The notes under the pieces: generated by a model | What the model was told of the DNA's origin: nothing | Database searches by the model: none | The model's input: the letters and a program-made list of their open reading frames with translations, nothing else | Translations under genes and position numbers: made by a program | Shown: positions 34,111 through 48,605 of the stretch, piece by piece | Layout of the letters: each line of letters starts with the position of its first letter | Numbering within the stretch: position 1 is the first letter of the stretch | Assembly (NCBI RefSeq): GCF_001949145.1 | Contig: NW_019091358.1 | Coordinates: forward strand, 3,568,569 to 3,632,568 | Source of the DNA: Acanthaster planci | Lineage: Eukaryota | Direction: 5' to 3' | Length of the DNA stretch: 64,000 nt

Positions 34111-36404
34111 GTTTTTTTTCATGGTATAAAGCCATTGACTCATTTGACTGGGTTTGCTGCCATTTGAAAACTGCATACGTATACATAAGTACTTGTCAAA
34201 CATTTTCTCCTAAATCAAGCTGTGTTAACTCTTTGGTGGATTTGATTCCAACAAAATATTAAAATCAGAATTTTTCATGTTCTTTGTTTTCATATTGTGT
34301 CTTTACAATAAAAACATTAAGTGTTCACCAAAAAGTCACAGTGGTGATTTGGTAGAGTTTAGGTTCCATTACCTAAAACCACTGGCCACTTCTCCCTGTA
34401 GTAAATGCAGACATAACGGCCAGGATCAGAAAATGTTCTTTTTCACCTATGCCTTTTTCTGGGATAGTTTCCCAGATGAAGTTTGATCAAGTCCTATGCA
34501 TGAAGTCTATTTTAAATATTGGTGACTCATAATTGTATGGAAGACCTGTCAGGGTGCCAGGGAAAAGGCCAGCGAAGACCTGTTAACAAGATTTGTGGGG
34601 ATGTTTCACTGTGGATCTAGGTGAATTCCAGGTCTAGCGTGCTACACACGGAGGGCCTCTCACCAACTGGGCTCCACCTGTGAGTCACGTTTCCTTGATT
34701 CAGGCAGAGGTTATGATTCCAACATTTATACACTGCTGTTTGCTGCATGAACAACTGAGATTACTCTCAAAGAGACAGTTCACCATGGCGTGTAATCAGG
34801 AGAGAGATTGGTTTAAGCCAGTACTTCAATTAGATCTGTCCGCACTGTATAGGAGCAAGACATGTTGTGTTTTCACATATAGCTATGACGGCTATTTGGT
34901 AGAAACATCTTCATGTGTTCTTGGTGCGGGACACGCTGAGCATACGTGACAAGGTTCTACTGGCACGTACTGTCTTTGCACATGCTTGAGCCCGGTTGAA
35001 TAACTTCCCACCACTCTGTCTCTTCCTTGCTGGTGCAGGGGGTGTTTCTTGTCAAGGTGCCACAGTAAACTTTGTGCTGTGAACTCGCGAAAGTTGAAAT
35101 CATTCCACCGTGACCACTTTCACCATGAATATTGCTTTGTGATGTAAAAGTTTCAATCTGATTTCTTTCCATACCAACTGCCCTTAACTTGGAGCATTAC
35201 ATGCACTTTTTATGTGCACCACATTTATGAGAGATTTTAACACAAACAAGCAACATTCTGGACATGTTTGCAAGGGGAGCATGCCTTAAGCAAGCTGTAT
35301 AATTTCATGAACTAAAATTTTCATACTAAGCTGTGTGGTTGCATTTTGACTGACATGAATTCACATTTCTAGTAATTACATTCTGTCTGAAATTGTTGGT
35401 TAAAAGATATTTACTGTGAAGTATGGAGCTGAAAAAAATGCATACTCAGAAATAAACTAAGGTGTCATAAAACTTTATGTGCAGCGTTGATTTATTGCAT
35501 TTGTAAATGTTTGTCAAAAGTGTGCATGAAAAGTAGTTGAACAAGTTTACATGCCGAATGGGCAGGCTCGATAAATCTTAATAGCTGGCCTCAGTTAATC
35601 ATAATTGTTCCAACAAAAGAATGCATGTTTTAAAGAAAAGTGACATTAAACATGTGCGCAGGTTCTGTTTTACCACAAGGTCACACAAAGAGGTCAGCGC
35701 TAGGGGGTCTTATGCCCACATAACAGGACAAAACGGGAATGATTTTTATACCGATGCACACCTCAAATTCCAACTGGCGCCCTATTTTTGGACATGGCCA
35801 CATTTTAATATAAAATGTAAATCATAAATTACATGTATTCCGCATGCTTTAATATATGTCGTGACTCCCCCCCCCAAGGTTTCTCCGCTCTTGCACTGAT
35901 GTAAGAGGACTGTTAAACACCCAGGTATTTTAGAATTTTGTAGATAACTTGTTTCACACATCTCTGTTTTCTTAATAAAAGTTTAAAAAGGTGTTAGACA
36001 CTGATTGAACTTTGCACAACCTACCAGAATCTCCAACACAAGTAATGTAATGCAGTGGTATAGAAAATATTCAGGAAAGAGCTCATAGGATAATATTTGG
36101 CAAAATCTATCGCTCATATGGACTGATCGTTGTAAATCTTTATTTCCCCAATCTAGATCTGCTTGCCATGGTAGGAACCTCCGCAATTCAAATAATAGGC
36201 CTATTTCCTATTCCTGCTAGAACTTCTCATTTCAAGAATAGCCTAATTCCATATTACATCCACCTTATTTGTTTTTTGTTTTCACATATGTTTTGTTTTT
36301 AATTCTTGTGTCAATTTAGTTGTTTTACTTATCAGTATATTTTCAAGTAAATGTCATGTCTTTTTTTTTTACTAATTTTTAAATATGTTTTTGGAGATCA
36401 TGTA

Positions 36405-36438
36405 CAATAATAATAACAACAATAATAATAATAATAAT
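36405..36438. repeat. (AAT)n/(AAC) microsatellite
   Basis: caataataataacaacaataataataataataat. Confidence 0.9.
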
Positions 36439-39400
36439 GTGGGAAAAGTAGATTTGTTGATGTATACTTCACCCACTTAAACTCCTTGCTAACGACCAAT
36501 ACGTTTATCTATTTTCCAAGAAGCTACGTTTAATGATGCTGTTTGTGCAGCTCTTCTTTTTTTTTTTGTGCCATCTTTACCGAGAAACTGATTAGATCAA
36601 CCATGTGTGGAATGACGTAGAGAGACAGAAGTATATACAGTAACAGCAAATTGTCGCTTCTCTGCTTTCTTATTTGTAACCGTAAACTTTAGCAAGAAGG
36701 GTTTGTCACCTGTGCAAATTGTGGGGGGCACTGGATACTTCTTCCAGGGGTGTTTGGTCAATGCTCCATTGTGGCCTGGAATTTACCCACTAACTGTGTT
36801 TTTCAGGGAACAATCGCCATCTAAATGACCTTATTCAGGGAAGGCCCTGACAGATTTCTAGAGCTCTATTGAAACAAGAAGGCACATCGTGACAGTGAGG
36901 GGAAAAGACAACCTCAAGTGTTGCTTTTAGCAGGGGGCCATTCCTCAGTATCCCCCAGGAAGAGATCCTCCTGATCAGGTAGTTTTCTCTCCCGAGACTT
37001 GTCAACAGAGGTGGGAGGTTTGATCAGAGAACAATGAAGGGGGGAGGGGTAGCTTTTAGCAAGATTAGCCCCTCAGGATGACAGCCCCTAAGTGACTCAA
37101 AAGGATTAGGGGTAAGAGGGAATGATAAATGGGGCCAAATCTCTGTTGTCCTTCTTCAAAGAGAATGGGAACCCAGGTAGAGATTGAAGCCTTTCGGAAT
37201 CCATTCAGGAGAAATCTACTGGGATAACAAATGAAGTCATTTCAGGAGGTGGAGTTGGTGATGTGTACAAAAACCTTAAGCCTCCAACCTGTCAGTGTAG
37301 GGAAACTGCTACATTAGTCTCAGAGTTCTATTTTGCTGGTGAGTTTCTTGTTAATATCAAAAGGTCACTTTTGCAGTCACCTAGCGATTCCTCACAATTT
37401 ATTGTGATGAGACATGCATCCACCTTAGCCAAGTGCAGCAGAACACATACTAGGACTGCATGGACACATACTTTTTGTGCTGGTACAGAGTACAGAGATT
37501 TTCTGTTACGGTTTAATTAAGATGGGTTAAAAGTACTCAACTACCTGTTTCCAAATATCATATTGATGATAGGGATTGTAATGGTATAAGTGGTACTCTT
37601 TGGACTACTACTTACATTCATGAGCCAGTGCAGGACTAATGATGCACATGTGCCTTGGTGCGCATGCCCAAATGAGCAGAGATCTTGCATCCAGTTTTCA
37701 TTTCAATGTGTACAGACTCTCAGCTTCTACCCAACAATGCCCTGTAGTGATATTACCATTCGGCATTTTATTGCTGATTATATTTGCAGCACTCGTCCAA
37801 CGTGCATATAAATACACGTCCTTTGTATTTTGTTTGTGTTAAAACCTTCAGATCCACCACGGACAAAAACAGGGAAGTTTCGTACTCTCTCTTCATTGTT
37901 AGTGTAAACCATGCCTCAGTGGTTCATACAGATTCCCAAATTATCAGTGGCTAAAGACCACACATATATGTACTTGTTCATTAGTTGTGAGGACTATAAT
38001 TACTTTTTTTCAAGATGTATTTTTTTTACTATAATTACTTATTGGAAAGGATGCTGTGGGGTCCAAAAACAGTTTGGGGACATATTTTTGTTCCTACAAC
38101 TCAGTCCCAACTTTAGTAGTGTCCCCATAATGCGGTGAAGGCCTGGGTATATTCCAATGCTGTTACCCTCAAAATGGGTGGATTTTGGTTTGGGAGGGGG
38201 AGGGAGGAAGGAGGAGGGAAATAGGTGTCTCCACTCCCTTACCAGTTACTGCTGAAGTTACAACCTGGTGCAAGTGTGATACTCTTGTGTTAAGACTACA
38301 TAGTCTCCCCCCCATAGGCCCAGGGGCTGTAGGGTAGAGTTACTTTGGTAGTTCTGACTAGGGAAGAAAAGATACCAGTCTGCAGAAGGGGGAAAAAGCA
38401 CAAGAATTAGACAGAGGAAAATGAACGTTTATTATCAATTTGGAACAAGAAAGAGGAACAAAAATTTCATATAAACAGCAACTTCCGGATTCTGTCTGAC
38501 ATTCAGCACACTTCTTGGGTATTCAACTGAAAGAAAAACTTGTAACCATTTGGAAAGCACTGCTGGTGAAATCGCATGGCTCTTTTTACATCACGTTTCA
38601 GCACAGAAGCCTGGAAAGAGAAAGTTTGTTGTCCGAAGATTAGTAAGCACAGTAGAATTGCAACAGGGCAACAATACGACCCATAAAGAGTGAACACAGA
38701 CCCGTTTCTTTTCAGGAGAGAGGAAGAGATTATCCAAAAACCAATGTTTAGGAACCGGGGGATTTACAGGTAACGATAGACAAGGGATTATCCAGAAAGA
38801 AGATAAAAGGAGATGAAACTGTATCTGAGTTCCAACTGGGGGAAGAAAATAATTGGTCTTAAAGAGTAGAGTGGCATAGTGGAAACGATGACCTGTCAGT
38901 CGGTGTTAGTCCCAGGAAACAGGCGGGATTAGTCTCTTTGGAGTGGATGTCAAGTGTTCTAGCTCAGACATCACTCATTCAGGTGGGTGGCAGAAGTGAA
39001 AGTTGTTGCTCCTGGGGAACTCTCTATTCTTTTTTTTTGGGGGGGGGAGCAAAATAAATCTGCAGCCAGGACTGTGTGACTTTTGGTGAGTGGGTCAGAA
39101 TAGAAGGAGGAAAGTGGTTTTTAATGTTGTTTGCCTGATTATTCAAAGAGAGTTTTTTGTTACTTTCTGCTTTTTTCAAAGCAATCATGTCACCATAGTA
39201 GGCTTGTATAATACTTCAATACACTCAAACTTTATTATTTGTGAAAACAAAATGAATAGAGCAGATCAGGAATATGTTCAAAGGGCAGGTCGGTAATGGC
39301 AGTGAAACCATGCTCTCTGTAATGTTGCACAAAATACATGCAATTATTCAGCACCACTTATTCTGGATATCAGCTTCCATCAAGTTTCCCCTCTCGTACG

Positions 39401-41809
39401 TGCACAGTTATACAATGCTTTGATTGGTCCTTTGATGGGTCTGTGTAACAGTAGTTTACCTTGAGTTTCTCTCCAAACTTGCTTTCTGTTCATTATGATA
39501 TCACTCTTTGCCAAATGTATGTGTGTGATTGATGGGGGAATTTATCCCCCCCCCTTCCTCCCCCTCCCTCCCAAGAGGGTATTATACCTGTACACATTTC
39601 CCCTCGAGAGACACATGATATGGGCTGCGGCTGAGATAGGGAATAGTGTACCCCTAGATGGGAGCACCTTTTCGTCTCTAACCAGTTTGGATTGATGTAT
39701 ACCAGGTTTTTCAGCACCCAGGGGGACTTTCCTATCAGACTAGAGAGGAGCATGGGCTAGGCACGACTCTGCCTTGCCCTACTTGCCTCATTGAGTTCAG
39801 GTTCCATTCAGTTTGAAACCTCTTTTGCTGTGTGAGGGTGCCGCCATGTACATCTTGTGAGTATTTGTAGGGCGGAGAAGGGTAAGAGGTAATCATGTGA
39901 AATGGAGGCACTCACAGTAGACTAGTAATACTGCTTTGAAGCATAGGATCCGTGTAGAAATCATTTTGCTTAATCATTTTGTGCTTGCAGTGATACTGTC
40001 TCCTGTTCAGACAGTATTGACACTTTGTGAGTCATGACTTAGAAGGAGTAAGTAGGCATCTTAGCAAGGTATCAGAGCCTACAAGGACTCCATCAAAAAG
40101 AGACAAGAGTGCACAGGGAATCAGGTGCCAGCCTTTGGACTGTAGGCTGCCAAGGGGGGAATTTCATCATCACTGGGTCCTCCGAGGCACAGATCTTGTT
40201 GCTCTCATTTTCCGCTTCATTAGGACCTATTCCGGCTGGCTTGCCCCAGTGTGAACAATGTTTTGGTGGGGATTGGGTCTGAGTCACTTCACTGGACACT
40301 GCTGGCAATGCATATCTGCCGTGGGTATTCATTGGGGGAAAAAGAGGCATGGCTAGACAGACAACGAAGACGATTCTGTCTGGACAATTGATATTCTTAT
40401 GGGTGACTTGGTGAGTTGGCAGTGTCAATCACCTGTATTTGTTTGTGTACGTGTGCCTCAGGAGGTGAATGTGTATCTATGTTATAAGCAGAAGCCAGAA
40501 AACTTTGCCATACATTGTCAAGTGCAAAAATAGTAATACTAATAAACAAATCAATAGTTGTCAGTTTATTCGGTCAGATCAATTTTGAGTCTGTACATGC
40601 ACACTTTGTCTCATCACATTTATTAACAAATGTGTTTCAACCTGTATTGAGGCTTGTAATCTAGCTGTTGACTTCACCTTATTACATTACTAGTCATTAC
40701 ACTTACATTAAAGTAATATGGCCATACTGGTAAAAGCTACCAAGGTGCGCACTGTGCAGGTGCAGTCACCTTTGATGCTTATTTGCGCCTAGTATTACAT
40801 TACTTGTCCTTTAGGTAGGCCTCTGTTAATTTTTTAAATTTTTGTTTTCATGCGGGAAGGAAAGCCATTTTAAGATGTAAACGTGCATAACTTTATTTCT
40901 TCCTGGGGCTAAGAGTAATTTCACATAGAGGATGTGTTTGAAAGAAAAATTATAAGTGAAAGGTTTGGGGCTTAGCAACTATTGTAAGGTAGGTAAGAAT
41001 TGGGTGGGTATGTGACATACTATTGAAAGGATTACATTGATGGAAATGTCAAATATACATCGGTTTTGAATTGCAGCATTTCAGTTTTTTTTTCTCTTGG
41101 GAATTATTTGGTTCATACATACACTTTCTTCAAACTCTACAATATTTTTTTTTTACTTTTTACCTCAAATTGTCATGATGGCCTCCAGCCAAGATTATCC
41201 CCCCTCCCAAGCCATAAGTCACACTGCTGTGCAAACAACTTTAAAAGAAATTAATATGGTCAAAGAAAAAAATGAGGTTCACCTTATTAAACCTGTGAGT
41301 GTTCCTGGGGGTGGACTTAAACGGTGACTAAGCAGGCCCCGAAACTGAGTAGATGGTGATAAAAATGAAAGGAAGTCAAGGTATGACCCATTTTATAACA
41401 TAATTATTTGAAGCTTGATGGCTGAATGTAGACATATATACGTACCCTGTGCCTACATGGCACATGCCTGGAGTATTTCAGAACTGATGGCTAACCTGCT
41501 TCGAGCTGATGTACTGATGATGTGAAGACCGAAATATTGGGCCAAGGGGACAAACAATCTTGGCAGTGAATCACTTGTAAAAACCTCTCTCTGGAGGGAA
41601 AATGTACTTCATTTCTTTTTAAAAATGTGTTTCTGGCAAGACGGTTTTGAAGTCTCAGCCATATCCATAAGATTTGTTGAAAAAAAAAAGTAATCTACTT
41701 TGAAAATTTATATCTATGTATATATTTTCTGAACTTTCTGTTTGATGTGAATTGGAGTAATACCAGACGTTTTTGTTGATATTTGTTTCTGTTGTCATTT
41801 TTAATGCTA

Positions 41810-41920
41810 GTTATAAAACAAACCATAGGGAAACTGACTAAGTCCCTAGACATTGATCATAAAAGTAGACAAAGAAATTGACTGGAGCAGGATTTGAACC
41901 TACGACCTCCGAAGCACTGT
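41810..41920 (-). mobile_element. tRNA-derived SINE fragment
   Basis: Minus strand ggaggtcgtaggttcaaatcctgctccagtcaatttctttgtc...agtcagtttccctatggttt: B box followed by SINE body. Confidence 0.7.
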
Positions 41921-44900
41921 ACCAGTGTACTGTTAAATAATCCATCAGCCTGGCTCTCCATTCAGCTGTTTTTGTTATTTTTTGTGTGGTTTTGTGTGTT
42001 TAACTTTATCATCTTGATTTGACTGTACTGCATATGCAGTGTTTCAGTGAACTTCAAAAATCCTTTCCCCACCAAATGGCACTTGTCAAATTCCTGTCTC
42101 ATTGTTCAGTGGCTTGGCCATGGTTACTAGGCATGCAGGCTTCATTGCTTAATAACACTGTTTTGCATGGAGCATTGTCAAAGATAAAAGAAAGCTTGAA
42201 TCCGTCCTCCTCCTGGAGTCCTTGACTGCTTGGAAAGAAATACTACAGGCTTGGAAGGCACATAGTTTCATGCTAAGAGATACATGTACGTCTCTAGTTT
42301 GCTGCTTTTTCAGTTGAGGATAGTAACAAATGGAATGACCGTGAGGTCCATGTAGTGTATGATGCAAGATATGGGGCGGAGAGAACCCCCCTTGCCTTTA
42401 TGTTGGTCATTGTTTGATCAGAATCTCAGGAATTCTTTACAGACTTCTAGGGGGGATGTGTTAGGTAACAATAGTCTAGAGTGTGTCTAGGGATTCGACA
42501 TGTGGGGGGGACCCATCGGCCCCGTATCATGCACAGTATCCCATGTAGGCTTTATACTAGCAAATTTGCCAATGCGAGCATGAACTTTAGAAAGTATTTA
42601 CCATTGATATGACTTAACTATACATAGGTAGAAGCTGCCAAAACAGGTCACATGTCAGTAATAAAGTTTGAATCTGTGCTGCTGTCCAGTGTAAAATTCA
42701 TCAAATGGACTTATGTCATAATAATGACATAATAATAACGACTTATGTCGTTATGTCAAAGCTGGACTTGTGGGGCATTATTTTGATTGCTATGTGCACA
42801 TCAATATGTGCAATGTATTAGTTGAATGTGCACTCCGTTCTTCAGTACAGAAAGGTGCACATGCATGTAAAGAAATTAAACACAAAAAAACCTTAGCTTG
42901 CACAGTTTGTGTGCGGTAAATTTATCATAAATTTTTCCCCCACAGCAGACTTACTCTTTGGTCTGGAACAAGTTCATTTTTGGGGTATAAATTGGAGAGG
43001 AAGGGTAAGGCAGACTAGTCAATTCCCAGTGGGGGGAATGGAGCCAGCCTGGTGCCTAGACCTGTTGTGTCAGTTGTTGTATCTTCAGAAGGCAGCTTGA
43101 TATGGCTCATTTAGATGCATTTAGATACTACCACTAAGGTTGCTAAAAATGTGGGCACAGAAGTGGCAAAACCCCCACCCGAAAAAAGATAAACTTTATA
43201 TCCTACCTGAAGCCTTTTTCCCTTTAAAAAGTAACAGAAGCAACGTTGAAAAAGGTTGACTTCAACATTTGCCAGCAGACTTTGCAGGTGTATTTGTCCG
43301 TGGATGCATATGTACGTTTTGGGACATTAACCTGGTTGGCTGTGAGGCCTGTGTGAGGGGAATTAGCCTGGAGGCATAACCTTCAACAACACCGATTCCG
43401 GCTGTATAGTGAAGTTTCTTCCCCTTCCTCCCTTCATCTTAGCACTTTTAGGAACACAGCCCGAGGGTGGAGTACACATACATACAAACGGCTACAGCTA
43501 CAGGTGCCAAATATTATACCTCCGGGCCGGGACCGAAAAATCTGATCTCCCCCCCCTTGCCCTCTATTCTCTGTCAAGTTGGAGAGGAAGTTCCCAAAAT
43601 AATTGCACACGCCGTGGCATACCACCCTTCCCCTCGCTATAAAACCGCGGTCACCCAACCTTTTTCCCCTTCCTGTGTTCGCACACACAAAAATACTGTA
43701 GGGACTATTCCTTGGTCAGAGAAGATATGCTTACTTCTGAGCTCAAACGACGTGTTTTTTCATGCTCAATGACCCCTACATTTCCAACAGCAGACAAGTT
43801 TGAGAGGATGTCTGTTAGTTTTATCTTGTATCATTTTGTGGTAAACTACGGCTTATATCACATATCATACATGTATCTTACACATCTAACTTTGGAAAAT
43901 GCTTGGAAAATATGTAAAATAATAGGGCTTGGCTTAAGAATTTTTTTAGTATAATCTTGGGCTTTAAATACATGATGCATACATACATGATTTATGGATG
44001 TTGTTCACAACATCCTGTCTGAGTCGGAAAGTTGTCAAAGGGGAAAAAACAGATTGTTCATGAATTATGCCCTGCATGTTTCTTCAGGTCTAAGAGAATG
44101 TGAATGCCAATTACCGATAGTATGATATTTTTTTTATGGAAAAATACGGGAATAGTTTGAAAATTTCCGGCTCTGTAGGCTCTGGCTACACCCAAACATT
44201 TCAAAACGGTGCTGTTTGCCAGTCATGACTAAGTGATGTATTTCACCAAAACATTACCAAGTCATGTTCCAAATGCACAAAAATCCTTAGATTTACAATA
44301 CCCTGTGGAACATTAAGCAAGAAGCCTTATCACAAACCAGGAACATGAGTAGGTGTATACATGTTGGAGTAATTTTTTCTTTGCATCGTTATAAGGTGGG
44401 AAACTTTCATCGGAGATTAAAAGGGACCTCACCTAAGTAAATCACTTCATAATTCCCTCGAGTTCCTAATCCCCCCCACACAAGGTGGTGACAATTTCTC
44501 TGTTGGATAAATGTTCTGAGTCATGTTTTGCAGTTGAATGTTCCACTATCAGGCATCAGAGAGCCAAACACCAACATTGTTCTTACCCTGTCGGTTTGAC
44601 CCCCAGAAAGATTGAAATTTGACCCCATTACTTGGTGGGACTTGAGAATTACAATATGAGCAAAAAACCTCTAACTGAAGAAATGCCAGGGTCAAGCTTG
44701 TTGTGATACTGTCATCATATTTCTGCTGCAGGGGGAGAGAGTCACCAGGGATATTAGTCCAGTGGGTGTTTCCAGAAGGCAGTAACTTCAAACAGTTCAA
44801 CTGTTGCATGAACTTGCTTCTGTGTTGCTACTGATGGGAGGTGGGGGAGAGGAGAAGCACGCAGGAAAAATTAGCTTGCCAAACAGTTTGATCAGTCCCA

Positions 44901-47900
44901 GCTGTACCTGGGCGGTATACTTGAAACAAACCGTTGACGTGTACGCAAATTGCCAATTTGTTGATGAGAGAGTATACTTTGCAGAAGCCTTGTTCTTATT
45001 TCTTGACCCAGTTTGTATATTGAGCAGTAATACCACACCTTGATTGGGCCACAGAAAACCTCTCAAAACAGTTTATGTGCAGATAGGTGTGTGACTATAC
45101 TTGCTGTGACACACTTAAAGGCTACCTATAAATCTTCTCATACATGCATGTACAAGTGACTTGTATTTTCAGAGTGGGGAACCATGGTCAAAAGTTCCTT
45201 CATCAGTAAGTTTCTAACTAGTGACAATGCAATAGACCAGTAATTTAGGCTATTACTTTTTGAAAATTACACATTTGTGTTGATGCTTGTGTGTCTTTTG
45301 CCGAGAAACTTTTCACAAAGTTTGACTGATGATATTGCAGTTTTCAAGGTTAGAATTTCATACTTTCACCCAAAATTGCCAGCGAGGTCAGAAATAAAGG
45401 AATTAACATTTTACCGTTGGCTGTGACAGAGTGACATTCTTTGTAATGAATAAAGTACAGGCACCTGCATTTGGTATTCCTAATGAGTGGACTAAAAATA
45501 AAAAAGCCTCTCTATGCATGTACACACTGAGGTGTACAAATAAACTTCAACAGTAGGTCACATACACTCCTTGATGTTGCAACCAAATTTTGATGAATGG
45601 CTGTGCGCCATTGGGAAACCCTCTCCCCTCACAAGGTCCCTGGCTTCCTAACCTCTGCTGATGACCCAAGAAACTCAAGAATAACACCTCAGAGACCCAT
45701 AACTCAAGGGAGAAGGACACTGGATGACAAGAGGAAGAAACGTTTGAGAATCCCCGGCCTAGATACTTTGACAGATGTACAAATTGTGCACTGAGGCTTT
45801 GCTTTATTTTCTGGCAGAGGCTGCAAGATTTTCTTTTGACGCTGACATGACAGATGTACAAATGGTATGGTAAAGACCCTCAACTTTTCCCAAAGCAGCT
45901 GGAAGATTTCCATTTTAGTGACAGCATTATTTAGTCATCTTATGGGACACAAATCAGGGCAGATTTTGAAAGAAGCAAAAGCTTTTTCTTGTGTAGGATC
46001 AGGTTGTCGGGCAAAAGAGGTTATGGTTTGTTGGACGGAGACAAATGCTGTTCTTTGCTTTTGAGCAATTTTTACATTATTTCAAAGTATTTCCTGTGGT
46101 TTTCGTTGTGGTCAGGATCTATGAACATTAAGTAGATCTGTCTGAAGTCAAAGTTGGTAATGAGTTTGTACACTTACAGAACGTGTAAAAATGCTGCATT
46201 ATTGAAGTAATCCGGCAGTTATCATGATATCTTCTTATGTTTTTGTCTGATTAACCTGTTACACTGCAGAAATAATCCTTGGGAACTGCAAGAAGATTGT
46301 TCTGGATGACCCAAGTATCAATATCCCACTAATTTATAAAACTTTCCTTTGTTTGCTCAAAATCATAGTAGTACTTGACCATGGTTCAAATTAAAGGACA
46401 GGACGTGCATTTTGTAACCTTACCCTGTTTGTTGGGTACACCTTGTCACTTTGGGCTGGTAAATACTATCTGAGTATAAAATCTTCACAATGTTATACTT
46501 GTTTTCCTGAAATTTGTTTAATGATTCTATAAATTCTGAGAGCAGGCTTTATTGAACCACATATATATGCAGAACTTTGATGACTGGCAACATTTGTTCT
46601 TCAGCAACTGCTCTCTGGAGATTTCAGCATGGGAAAAACTTTTTTCAAAGTAGTGAGAAGGGAGTACACTTGAAGCACTGAAAGTGCCCATTTTTACCTT
46701 GTCACAGCCAGGGGAAGGGATTCTGTCTCCTTGTCAGATCTTAGGCATCTTAGATCTTAGGATCTCAGATCTTAGGTTTGCCTACACAAACATATTTTGT
46801 TGAAACTTTGTATGCATACATGTATATGTCCAAAGTTCCAACCATCTGATTTATTGCTTCTACAGTCACTGCTAATTAGTCTCAACACAAAGTGATATGT
46901 CTGGTTTAGTTGCTGCACCACAAAATGACGAGAGCCACGTCACTCTTGGCACACCAAAAGTGTCTGTCCCATTTGTCAACACTTTGTGGTGCAGTCAGTG
47001 ACTAGGTACCATGTTCACAGGATAGATATGCACTTAATTTTTGGCACAGTCAATGAACAAAATTGAGAGGAGTGGTTTAAAAATTTGCTGAAGACTACTG
47101 TCAGCTATCTCATGAAGACACTCCATGAAGACAGAATTTGATTTAGGCCAACATAATTATTTGAAAAATTAAACCAAATGATTATTAGGCCTAATCTGCT
47201 GTTGAAAGTAATAATTTTGCATTTGGACATAATGCATTGAGGACAAATCCAGAAAAGGTGAAAAAGTCACCACACCATCATCAAATAAAGAAAAAAAGTA
47301 CACCTGGTCAGGTCAAAACCTCAAAAGGCAGTTGGAACTGTTTTTAGAGCCGTGGCTTTTGAGCATTTGACCGCAGCAGACGGAAACAGCATTCATCAAG
47401 TCTGTTCCGCACTGCTTCAAAGACATTACAGACATTCAGAAACATGAAAAAAATGCCCTTTAAAAATTGGATTGACCTCTTGAAAGTCAAGCATCGGGTT
47501 TGTTGTATTTTTGATAATTTGAATCCAAATTATTGGCCCATTTACTTGTGCACTATGAATCCAAGGTAATTACACATACTCTCTCTATATATCAGTCTTT
47601 GTCAAACATTTTAAAATCCCGTTGTTTTTTTCTCTTGAATTTGGGGAAGAGAGATAGATAAATATATATCTGCAGTAATAAATCAAGATTTTGTTGTTTC
47701 TGTAAGCATTCCTAGAGTGACTAGCAATGGAACATGTTTAAAATATGGCCAGCAACAGTCAAGGGTCACCCACAAGGTACCTGCAGGCCCACACGCTTGT
47801 AATGTAAGGTGTATGTAATATTGCCTCTTTGAGGAGGAGAATGGTGGTGTTTGTGGTCAAATCTAACAAATCGGCTGCAAAGCACCGTCAAGGTTGGATC

Positions 47901-48016
47901 CAAAAACCAAATTTTGGGAGGTGCTCAAAACATTTGGAAATTTGTCCATAGCTGTAATCTTTTTATAGCAGTGAAGCTAATTTTTTGGACTTTACATGCT
48001 TCCGGGAGGACTAGTG

Positions 48017-48605
48017 NNNNNNNNNNNNNNNNNNNNNNNNNNNNNNNNNNNNNNNNNNNNNNNNNNNNNNNNNNNNNNNNNNNNNNNNNNNNNNNNNNNN
48101 NNNNNNNNNNNNNNNNNNNNNNNNNNNNNNNNNNNNNNNNNNNNNNNNNNNNNNNNNNNNNNNNNNNNNNNNNNNNNNNNNNNNNNNNNNNNNNNNNNNN
48201 NNNNNNNNNNNNNNNNNNNNNNNNNNNNNNNNNNNNNNNNNNNNNNNNNNNNNNNNNNNNNNNNNNNNNNNNNNNNNNNNNNNNNNNNNNNNNNNNNNNN
48301 NNNNNNNNNNNNNNNNNNNNNNNNNNNNNNNNNNNNNNNNNNNNNNNNNNNNNNNNNNNNNNNNNNNNNNNNNNNNNNNNNNNNNNNNNNNNNNNNNNNN
48401 NNNNNNNNNNNNNNNNNNNNNNNNNNNNNNNNNNNNNNNNNNNNNNNNNNNNNNNNNNNNNNNNNNNNNNNNNNNNNNNNNNNNNNNNNNNNNNNNNNNN
48501 NNNNNNNNNNNNNNNNNNNNNNNNNNNNNNNNNNNNNNNNNNNNNNNNNNNNNNNNNNNNNNNNNNNNNNNNNNNNNNNNNNNNNNNNNNNNNNNNNNNN
48601 NNNNN
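48017..48605. other. Assembly gap (N run); smaller gap at 1072-1085
   Basis: Run of N; the flanks look repeat-like. Confidence 1.
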